In this document: positions 18,868-26,443 of the stretch, piece after piece
Layout of the letters: each line of letters opens with the position of its first letter
How positions within the stretch are numbered: the stretch's first letter is position 1
IMG/VR virus record: IMGVR_UViG_3300044645_002525
Coordinates: 13,139 to 77,138 of that record
DNA from: a virus
Length of the DNA stretch: 64,000 nt
Direction: 5' to 3' (one strand)
Notes under the pieces: model-generated
The model's database searches: none
Told to the model about the DNA's origin: nothing
The model's input: only the letters and a program-made list of their open reading frames with translations
Program-made: the position numbers and the translations under genes

Positions 18868-20935
18868 CTTCAGCCTCCAGAATATCCTTGAAACGCTCAG
18901 GAGCTTCCTCCTTCCATTGATTCAATGCAGCGTCAATGTCTTCTGGACTAATCAGCGATGCTTCGTCCACGTCAGAAAGGATGAGACCTTCCACTTTCAT
19001 GGGCTCAAGCGCATCCACTTTGCTGCTCACATTCTTAGCAGGGCCTTTACGTTCTGGATCAGGATCGGCTTTGCGCTTGCGAGCCACAATTGTTTGACGC
19101 TCTTCTTTGCTCATGGCTTGCGCCTTGGCTTGCGGCAGGCATTTAGGCTTGCCTTCTTTTTCCTCGCGAGCACCACATGGACCAAGGATTTCGCCATTAG
19201 CGCCAATCCTCACCCATTTCTCCTTAAACCACTTATCAAGATCATCGGCATGAAGCTCCTGTTCGTCGCTCTTGAAAGCTCCGCTCAGTGAGCCATGCTT
19301 CTTCTTGTACATTTGCTTGTACTGTTGTACGACGTAACCACTGGCGTAAGCAGAAGGCCACACTTTAAATTTAGATTTGGCGGCACTCACCGCCCGCGAA
19401 TGCAGATCTTTGTCAGTGAAAGTTACGTCACCACGAACTTTCTCTAGATCACGAGGCAGAAACAGACCAGCAACGTCTTGCACTTCACGGTTTCCGTCCA
19501 TGGGAAGCGTGCCATTTTCTTCGTTCATTGGATCACGACCGCCAGGAGGCACCGCCATTTTCCCGTCACCCCCTTTCTGAGTGGAACCACCCCCAATTTG
19601 AGTGGGAAGTTCCCGCACTACGGACGGATCAAGCGTAAGCTCCATGCTCCACTCAGAACCGCCGTAGCGGGCATCTGCCACCTCCTTGGGACTCAGCACA
19701 CCTAGCTGGATGTAACGGCCGTCTACAGCCGCCACGCGCGCCCGTACGTCAGCCATTTCGCGCTCATTAAGCTCGAACAATGGATTGAAGGAGATGCGCC
19801 ATGATTCGGGCAGTTCTCCTTTCGTCGGACCTTCTTTACTGAGCATGATGTATTCAAGCAGCTTCTTCATCGGCCGCTTGAAATTGACGCTTTGATAATC
19901 AGCAAGCATCTTGGCAAAGTCACGCTCTTCGCTGCGACCAGTGGAACCAAGACCACTCGGGCTTTCGCCAAACAAAACAGTGTGAGGAATCTTGCTGGCG
20001 CCAATAATATCAACGCGCAGCTTTTCTAAGATTTCTCCAATGCCACCAAAGTTGCGACTAATAAATTCAAGCTCTTCTTTCTCCGCATCAATCGCGTAGC
20101 CGCGATAGATGCTTTTGCTCATATCATTCACCTGCAGGCGATCACGAATGGAACTTTCCTTGCCAGCAGCAAGCATCGCTGCCAAGCCCCTCACTTTATG
20201 AACAAAAATATCAAACTCAGTGAGAAGCGTGGCCGCTGAATTCAATCCCGTCCAATAATGCCTGAAGCTGTCATAAACAGTCTGCAAGCTGCTCATGCCC
20301 CATCCATAGTTCCTTTGCCGAATGCGATAAGGAAGCCAATCCCCGTCAAAGCGAAGAATCCTATCCTTGTGAATGTAGGACAATTGTGGCTGGTTAATTA
20401 AATCTCCAGAGATGATCTGATAATAAGTGGCTTTTGAATAGTCGTAGAGGTTTTCTTCGTTGATAACGGGCGCAATTTGCCATCGGTCCAAGCATTCAAT
20501 GTCTTCGATGCGACGGATATTCCGTTTATCGACAGGCATGTAAGCGGGACGCCCATCGTCAATAAAAAGAAGTAGACAAGCACCCCCATAAAGGCGGGCG
20601 TTCTTTGCTGCGAGGTTGAGATGTTCGAGGATGTAGAGGTCTTCAATTACTTGCTCAATGCCTTGCACTTCTTCAGCCCTAACGCCATCGCCACCAAACA
20701 ATACTTTGAAGCCTTTTCGAGTGGCCTGGTCAGCATAAATATCAACAATGCGACGAGGAAGCCATTCACCATAAAGATTTTCTAGTTCTTCTTGTGCCAG
20801 AAATACTGTGGCTGTAGTTTTAGTGTATTGGCTTTTGTCGCGACCAGTGCCCATGCCAATGAGCACGTTTGTGAGTCCATCAGCCCTCACTCCGCCACTG
20901 CCAACGTGGCCGAGATCAATTGCTTCGCCTTCCAT
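18851..20935 (-). CDS. Portal protein (DUF1073) with C-terminal extension
   Basis: ARLYGGA, HKDRILRFDG, WGMS, IPHTVLFGESPSG motifs. Confidence 0.9.
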   Translation of the reverse strand: MEGEAIDLGHVGSGGVRADGLTNVLIGMGTGRDKSQYTKTTATVFLAQEELENLYGEWLPRRIVDIYADQATRKGFKVLFGGDGVRAEEVQGIEQVIEDLYILEHLNLAAKNARLYGGACLLLFIDDGRPAYMPVDKRNIRRIEDIECLDRWQIAPVINEENLYDYSKATYYQIISGDLINQPQLSYIHKDRILRFDGDWLPYRIRQRNYGWGMSSLQTVYDSFRHYWTGLNSAATLLTEFDIFVHKVRGLAAMLAAGKESSIRDRLQVNDMSKSIYRGYAIDAEKEELEFISRNFGGIGEILEKLRVDIIGASKIPHTVLFGESPSGLGSTGRSEERDFAKMLADYQSVNFKRPMKKLLEYIMLSKEGPTKGELPESWRISFNPLFELNEREMADVRARVAAVDGRYIQLGVLSPKEVADARYGGSEWSMELTLDPSVVRELPTQIGGGSTQKGGDGKMAVPPGGRDPMNEENGTLPMDGNREVQDVAGLFLPRDLEKVRGDVTFTDKDLHSRAVSAAKSKFKVWPSAYASGYVVQQYKQMYKKKHGSLSGAFKSDEQELHADDLDKWFKEKWVRIGANGEILGPCGAREEKEGKPKCLPQAKAQAMSKEERQTIVARKRKADPDPERKGPAKNVSSKVDALEPMKVEGLILSDVDEASLISPEDIDAALNQWKEEAPERFKDILEAEDARPE

Positions 20936-21001
20936 AAGCTTCCTTTATGGCCATGATGTGTTGCTTTTATTCTAGAAGCTGGCTACATTGGCACGTAGCT
21001 C

Positions 21002-21517
21002 ATGCACACTATGGCTAGCTTTGGTATTGTTTTCCATTTCAGCGAAGAAGACAAGGAGCTTGTACGGACGGAAGCCATGCGCAGGCAGCGTTTCAATGAG
21101 AGAAAAGGCCTGAAAGGGCGCAATGGAGGCCCGAAAGAGGGAGAGAAAGCTCTTTTCGCTCACAAGCTTGGTGCCGCTGGTGAACTAGCAGTGGCAGATT
21201 ATCTCCAGTTACGGGAGTTTCTCTATCAAGAAACAGAAGCAATTCGCGGATCCTTTGATCTGCCTCCCAATATTGACGTGAAAACACGCTCTCGTCATAA
21301 CTATGATCTCATCTGCCAACTAGACGAGAAGCCCGGGAAAACTTTAGTGCTGGTTACAATTCAAAACAAAATCACTCTTCTCCATGGTTGGATAAAGAGT
21401 GAAGATGCAATGCAGGAACAATGGAAGAAAGATCCCGCTCATGGCAGACCAGCTTATTTTGTCCCTTCTTCTGAATTGCATCCTCTTGTAGACTTGCGCC
21501 ATGCTGAAATGTTCTGA
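21002..21517 (+). CDS. Hypothetical protein, possible PD-(D/E)XK nuclease
   Basis: GAAGELAVA...D....IDVKT pattern; overlaps the terminase start. Confidence 0.5.
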   Translation: MHTMASFGIVFHFSEEDKELVRTEAMRRQRFNERKGLKGRNGGPKEGEKALFAHKLGAAGELAVADYLQLREFLYQETEAIRGSFDLPPNIDVKTRSRHNYDLICQLDEKPGKTLVLVTIQNKITLLHGWIKSEDAMQEQWKKDPAHGRPAYFVPSSELHPLVDLRHAEMF

Positions 21518-22868
21518 CTTCTCCAAGCACGCCCTAAAGCTGGATCTCTATCCTCGGCAGGCGAAGATTCTTGATAATTTCTTCCAGCCAGATAAGAGCC
21601 ATGCAGTGTGGGCGCTTGGGCGAAGATCAGGCAAAACTGTCATGGCCGCAGTGGCGTGCGTCTATATGTGCTTCGTCTTGGAAGATGAATACCGCAGGCG
21701 CGTCAGGAAAGGCGAGAAATGGTACATCGTGACCGTCGCCAACTCTCAAGACCAGGCTCGTATTGCTCTCAATAACATTCGTCAGCTCATTCTTGATAGT
21801 CCCTTCGCTCAGGAAATCGTCCGCGAAACTGCTGACATTATTGAGCTAAGCAACAATTGCGTATTCAAAGCTATCCCCACATCAGGGCGTGCTGCCCGTG
21901 GTCTTGCTTGTGCAGGCGCAGTGTTTGACGAGCTTGCCTTCGCCACTGAAGGCGATGCAAACAGTGGTGGACGTGGCATCTACGATGCTCTCTCGCCTGC
22001 TATTGCTCAGTTCGGAGGGAAAGGACGCATCCTTGAGCTTTCTTCGCCATGGTTGACAGACGGTATTTTCTACCAGCATTTCAAAGAAGCAAGCTCAGGA
22101 AGATTTCCTTTCATGCAAGCAGTGAATCTCCCAACGTGGGAGATGAACCCAAGCATTTCGCAAGAGTTTCTTGACACAGAGAGACAGCGTGATCCTGAGA
22201 AGTTTAAAGTTGAATATGGGGCGCAATTCGCGAGCAATCTTTCAGCCCTTGTTGCAAGCGATGTTGTTGATGCCTGTATTGATGACCGTCGAGCGGCTTT
22301 ACCGCCACGTCCCGAATTCCAAGGAGCTTATGTGCTTGCCCTTGACCCCGCCCGTGGTGGCGTTGGCCGTGACGACTACACTGCTTGTATTGTGCATTAC
22401 GAGAATGGCACGCTAGTCGTTGATAAGTTTCATTCCTTCGTGGCTGACTTTGAAATTAATGGACGAATGGAAGTGAATATTAATGCAGTGGAAGATTGGA
22501 TTAAAGAGCAACATCGCCTGTATGTTTTCGACACTATTGTGATGGACCAGTTCAATAGCGCTGGCACCATTCAAAGCTTGGCAAGCGATTTGCCCATCAC
22601 GGAACTAACTTGGACTGTTAGCTCCAAGATGAAAGCATTCAGTAAGATGCGAGAATTGTTCAATGCAGGACAAATCAATTTATATCGTCATGAGAAAGCA
22701 ATTATGCAGCTCAAAAACCTCACTGTTATCTACAAACCAAGTGGACAATGGAGTGTGACTGGCGGTAAGGCTTCTGGAATTGATGACTTAGCGTTTGCAA
22801 TGGCAGGTGCCATTCTTGCTGCAAGCAAAGATGATGACATTGGTTGGATTGAAAGCCTTATCTCCTAG
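21501..22868 (+). CDS. Terminase large subunit
   Basis: GRRSGKT Walker A, VFDE Walker B, LSSP, LALDPA nuclease motif, DDLAFA. Confidence 0.93.
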   Translation: MLKCSDFSKHALKLDLYPRQAKILDNFFQPDKSHAVWALGRRSGKTVMAAVACVYMCFVLEDEYRRRVRKGEKWYIVTVANSQDQARIALNNIRQLILDSPFAQEIVRETADIIELSNNCVFKAIPTSGRAARGLACAGAVFDELAFATEGDANSGGRGIYDALSPAIAQFGGKGRILELSSPWLTDGIFYQHFKEASSGRFPFMQAVNLPTWEMNPSISQEFLDTERQRDPEKFKVEYGAQFASNLSALVASDVVDACIDDRRAALPPRPEFQGAYVLALDPARGGVGRDDYTACIVHYENGTLVVDKFHSFVADFEINGRMEVNINAVEDWIKEQHRLYVFDTIVMDQFNSAGTIQSLASDLPITELTWTVSSKMKAFSKMRELFNAGQINLYRHEKAIMQLKNLTVIYKPSGQWSVTGGKASGIDDLAFAMAGAILAASKDDDIGWIESLIS

Positions 22869-22899
22869 TATGATTTTCAAGCAATAGTTCTGCTATGGA

Positions 22900-23166
22900 A
22901 TGAAGAGCAACGATTTAACTATGCAGGAGGCAAAGTTTCTCGTGTCCCTGCTTGAATGCGGCAGTTCAAACAGACAAACTGCTTTGCAGCTTCTTGCTGC
23001 TGAACATCTTTATGTGCCCACTCTCCTGCCAAAGCTTCAGGCGCACATCAAACGCATCAAGCAAATTGCCTTGCTTGAGCAGGCTGTTCACGATGGAGAA
23101 GACAGCTTTGACGACTACTGCCGCGCTCATCCTCAAGATCAATCCTGTAGAGAATATGACGTTTGA
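22900..23166 (+). CDS. CP12-like protein (C-terminal CP12 motif only)
   Basis: Ends SFDDYCRAHPQDQSCREYDV, i.e. C-x8-C-x2-Y-D, as in the CP12 C-terminal loop. Confidence 0.65.
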   Translation: MKSNDLTMQEAKFLVSLLECGSSNRQTALQLLAAEHLYVPTLLPKLQAHIKRIKQIALLEQAVHDGEDSFDDYCRAHPQDQSCREYDV

Positions 23167-23351
23167 ACCCACGAAACCATGCTATGCTTTTGAAGCTTTC
23201 GCGAAGCACGCTGGCCAGCGTTAGTTCAACAAGGAACAATGGTTTCAGGCGCCATTGTTCTGTACCAGGGGAAGAGGGGAGCAGGCCCACCTGCTCTGAA
23301 ATGCTGTACAAGGCGGATTGAAGCCCCGCTCAGCGCCCTCAACTTCACCCT

Positions 23352-23424
23352 GCCCGAATAGTCCAGCGGAAGAGACAAGCGACTTAAAATCGCTCCAGCG
23401 CAGGTTCGAATCCTGCTTCGGGCA
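23352..23424 (+). tRNA. tRNA-Leu(UAA), short variable loop, CCA not encoded
   Basis: Acceptor GCCCGAA/TTCGGGC, anticodon arm AGCGA-CTTAAAA-TCGCT, T arm GCAGG-TTCGAAT-CCTGC. Confidence 0.9.
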
Positions 23425-23440
23425 CTTTGCTACACTGATG

Positions 23441-23490
23441 GTACGTTCACCCCGCAAGGGGCGCATGACTAGCTGGTACGGAACGGGACC
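23441..23490 (+). promoter_or_regulatory. Glutamine-II (Downstream-peptide) riboswitch
   Basis: CGTTCAC-CCC gcaa GGG-GCGCA...CGGAACGGG consensus directly upstream of a DUF4278 gene; TGCTACACT extended -10 just upstream. Confidence 0.8.
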
Positions 23491-23509
23491 AGCATCATCG
23501 GGAACCATC

Positions 23510-23629
23510 ATGAACCCTCTCGCTTTGATTAAAGAGCAGCTTGAGAAAGCAGCTCGTCTGCGTGAAGCACAAATGGCTTCGCTCGTCTATCGCGGCGTTG
23601 CTTACGTGCCTAAGCCTCATTGGTTCTGA
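23510..23629 (+). CDS. DUF4278-family small protein
   Basis: 39 aa MNPLALIK...LVYRGVAY with the L.YRG..Y signature. Confidence 0.8.
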   Translation: MNPLALIKEQLEKAARLREAQMASLVYRGVAYVPKPHWF

Positions 23630-23631
23630 GC

Positions 23632-23841
23632 TTATTGCTGAAGACAAGAGCCCGCTACGGCGGGCTTTTCTTTTGGCCAATGGACAACGGCATTGGCAAT
23701 GATGAAGCAATTGGTAATGAGATAGGAAGCAAAAATCAATGTGCGGATGAGCGCCACCTTGTCTGCCTCGTGATCATGCTTGCTCGCCTTTTCGCCCAGG
23801 GCCAAGCACCATAGTTTCCATGCCCCTTTCCTCCTGCTCAT
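23632..23841 (-). CDS. Conserved small membrane protein
   Basis: W..ALGEKAS...D.VALIRT...ITNCFII pattern that I recall from cyanophages. Confidence 0.65.
   Translation of the reverse strand: MSRRKGAWKLWCLALGEKASKHDHEADKVALIRTLIFASYLITNCFIIANAVVHWPKEKPAVAGSCLQQ
23648..23675 (+). terminator. Intrinsic terminator
   Basis: AGCCCGC-tacg-GCGGGCT followed by TTTCTTTT. Confidence 0.7.
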
Positions 23842-24019
23842 AAATCCAAGCCTTCAGCTCTCTGACATACTGTCTAATGATGGCAGCTTTTTCAAGATGC
23901 CATTGGTCCATGGTGAGAAAATATTGGGCATTATGCCAATCAATGGCTCGTAACGATTGATAAATGATGGGATTGAGCGGCTCACGCAAGGGCGTGTTGA
24001 ACGTTCTGCGCTCGGTCAT
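23774..24019 (-). CDS. Conserved hypothetical protein
   Basis: FNTPLREPLNP.I...LRAID.H...WH motif. Confidence 0.6.
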   Translation of the reverse strand: MTERRTFNTPLREPLNPIIYQSLRAIDWHNAQYFLTMDQWHLEKAAIIRQYVRELKAWIYEQEERGMETMVLGPGRKGEQA

Positions 24020-24539
24020 CGGAGGAGAAGAATTGCATCGCCTCATCCCAATGGACGGGCGCAAAGTTGTGTTGTTCTACACAACAATTAAAATAGCGCC
24101 TATCTAAGCTTCCATCAGGCATTCTTACGTTATGAGAATGTAAATGTCCGTGAATATTTCCTTTAAATCGCTGTTCAAATAGTTCTGGATGGAGAGGAAT
24201 ATGGCTCAGCATAAATTCATGGTGATAAAAACATCCACGAATGTCGTCGAAATATTGCGCGTAGTCTTGCAGCTTGAAAATATCGTGATTGCCGCGCACT
24301 AGCACTTTCCTTCCATTGAGCCGCTCTAGCATCTTCAGTCCGCGACGGGCAATCGCCACGTCGCCCAATACGTAAATGCGATCCTTGGGCTTCACTCGCT
24401 TGTTCCATTGTTCCGCCATGAAAGCATCGCCCTCTTCCGAATTCTGAAATGGACGCACTTTCTCTCCGTCTGGACGTAGAAAACTATACATTTTCTCGTG
24501 ACAGAAGTGGTTGTCCGATGTGAGCCAGCAGTTGATCAC
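23982..24539 (-). CDS. Calcineurin-like metallophosphoesterase
   Basis: SDNHF, LGDV, GNHD, SHIP, HGHLH motifs. Confidence 0.9.
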   Translation of the reverse strand: MINCWLTSDNHFCHEKMYSFLRPDGEKVRPFQNSEEGDAFMAEQWNKRVKPKDRIYVLGDVAIARRGLKMLERLNGRKVLVRGNHDIFKLQDYAQYFDDIRGCFYHHEFMLSHIPLHPELFEQRFKGNIHGHLHSHNVRMPDGSLDRRYFNCCVEQHNFAPVHWDEAMQFFSSDDRAQNVQHALA

Positions 24540-24913
24540 GTGTGCTCTCCAGTTCCGATAAATTTCATGGCTTCATATTGAGGAGCATACGTTAGCAAGT
24601 ACTCAAAATATTTTCCATCTAATGATTGAAGCTGCCAAGCCATTTCTCCAGCGTGCCACTGAACAACGCGCCATTGCATTGTTTTGAGCTTCATTCTTCC
24701 CCTCTCTTTTACCTTTGTCTCAAATTCCCAAATGTCGCCAACTTTTAGACAGTCAGGGCGATTACATATTTTTGCAGTCTTGTCCGTCTCTTGCTGTATC
24801 CAGCCCCATGCAGAAGCCTTGACGGCAACTTGATGAACAATATCTACAACGTCAGAGCCGCCACAGCCGTCCATCCACCTCAACACCAATTCACGACTTG
24901 GAGCAGGAATCAT
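24536..24913 (-). CDS. Hypothetical protein
   Basis: Operonic ORF. Confidence 0.55.
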   Translation of the reverse strand: MIPAPSRELVLRWMDGCGGSDVVDIVHQVAVKASAWGWIQQETDKTAKICNRPDCLKVGDIWEFETKVKERGRMKLKTMQWRVVQWHAGEMAWQLQSLDGKYFEYLLTYAPQYEAMKFIGTGEHT

Positions 24914-25116
24914 TAGTTGAATTCCTCCACCACTTTTGTTTTTACCACGCCTTTTCTATCCGCCTCTTGCAACTCAAGACCACGCTTAAAAGCTTCCGCA
25001 AACGTACCAAATAATCCAGCGTATTCCCACCAAAACCACACCCTTTTCTCTACAGCAAAAATGGGCTCACTTGGATCTGCAAAAGAAGGCTTCTCAACAA
25101 TGCGATAGCGAGCCAT
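24913..25116 (-). CDS. Hypothetical protein
   Basis: YRIVEK...FAVEKRVWFWWEY small phage protein pattern. Confidence 0.55.
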   Translation of the reverse strand: MARYRIVEKPSFADPSEPIFAVEKRVWFWWEYAGLFGTFAEAFKRGLELQEADRKGVVKTKVVEEFN

Positions 25117-25120
25117 GAAA

Positions 25121-25189
25121 ACCACTTCTGGGAATCGAACCACAGGATTCTAGGCTATGTGCCTAGCGTGTACCACACACTTAAGCGGC
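25121..25189 (-). ncRNA. Degenerate tRNA-like element (CAT at anticodon position)
   Basis: Minus strand: GCCGCTT/AAGTGGT acceptor, GTGT/ACAC D stem, CTAGG-CACATAG-CCTAG arm, GG-TTCGATT-CC T loop with bulged stem. Confidence 0.6.
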
Positions 25190-25424
25190 AGCAGCCCCCT
25201 GTTTGAGCATCATCTCTAAAAACCAATTTGTTGGCGCCAACAAAATGGTCTCCGTCTGAGAGCTAAGCTTGGGGGCGAATTACGCAAACCAGGAAAGGCA
25301 CCCCGAACCAACGTCGGACCTCAGAACTGGCTGCTCTCCACTGACAGAGCAATGGAGGGGAGAGAACGGTACGCCCTTGGCACATGCCAAGCTTGCACCG
25401 TCTCGAAACTATAGCAGCAAAATC

Positions 25425-25629
25425 ATGGAGGGGAGAAGATGGAATCGAACCACCATTGCCGAAGGACGGAATCGAACCGCCTCTGACGCCGTCGCGCCCA
25501 CCAAGCCAAGGTGCTCTCCCAGATGGCCTAAGCGTGAAGCGATTAACAAGAGCTAATCGCTTCAGAGGCTTAGGCTCTATCTGCCCGATGCGGCGCCCGG
25601 AAATTTCCAGACCATGCAGAGCGGGAACT
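25425..25629 (-). ncRNA. Structured ncRNA candidate ending in a tRNA-like domain with two T-arms and CCA
   Basis: TGCTATATT extended -10 upstream; long hairpin 25526-25575; GGCGG-TTCGATT-CCGTC and GGTGG-TTCGATT-CCATC; ends TTCTCCCCTCCA. Confidence 0.55.
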
Positions 25630-25643
25630 TGCTCAATATAGCA

Positions 25644-26375
25644 CTAAGCCTTGCCGTAGGCAGGCAAATTTAGCGCATTCGTCTCAAAAAAAGCTGGAAC
25701 CGTACTGGCCCTAGTCTCATTTAGCTCAGGAGCCCTTCCATTGATAAACAACGCATCACTCTGGCGAAGCCAAAAATCTTTGTCCAGATATTTGTTGGAC
25801 GACGTGCCAAGTCTGTCATAAATCCAAAGTGCAGTCATCTTGCGCAGTTTGTTCAAGCTTTCGCCATACTTCTCTCCAGCCTCTTCGCAGATTTTGGTGT
25901 GGCAAAAGGCGTGGCAAATCTCGTCGCGAGAAATGTCCGTTGCCACAGTGCGCAGCCCTTTGTCTCCATTGAAACGAAAGAACGGAAGAATAGTGAAGAA
26001 CAGGCTCCGCTCAAGCACAGCCACTTTTGCCATGGGATGGGCAGGGTGATCAATCCATGCTTGGCGAATTTTGAAAGCTTCCTTCTCCGCCTTCTCATCC
26101 GTTCCATGGGCAGCAGCAACATAATTCAAAGCCTCATCATGACGCTCCTCATCCTTGATGTTGCTATAGATGCTTTCCACGAGACCAGGAGAATTAGGAA
26201 GCTCGCGCTCAAGCCCCTCCAGCAACATGTCCTTAACGGGGAGCTCAAGATGACGAATGGCCAATGCACGGAAAATGGTCTCTTCCGAGCCATTGACAAA
26301 CTCCCCCTTGGTGACAGGCACTGCCTGCCAAGGACGCTTACGAGCAACTGCCGAGAAATAATCTTGAACTGCCAT
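25644..26375 (-). CDS. nrdB: Ribonucleotide reductase small (beta) subunit, compact cyanophage class I type
   Basis: Ferritin-like DEERH and DEICH motifs; adjacent to the alpha subunit. Confidence 0.8.
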   Translation of the reverse strand: MAVQDYFSAVARKRPWQAVPVTKGEFVNGSEETIFRALAIRHLELPVKDMLLEGLERELPNSPGLVESIYSNIKDEERHDEALNYVAAAHGTDEKAEKEAFKIRQAWIDHPAHPMAKVAVLERSLFFTILPFFRFNGDKGLRTVATDISRDEICHAFCHTKICEEAGEKYGESLNKLRKMTALWIYDRLGTSSNKYLDKDFWLRQSDALFINGRAPELNETRASTVPAFFETNALNLPAYGKA

Positions 26376-26443
26376 TTTGATTACAAACGATGGTGAAAAG
26401 AGACAACAAAGGGCAGCAAAAGCTGCCCGTTAATCAATCGGGA

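Noticed and set aside
25425-25629. tmRNA
   Set aside because: Too short, no GGGGC 5' end, no Ala identity G3-U70 pair and no tag reading frame seen.
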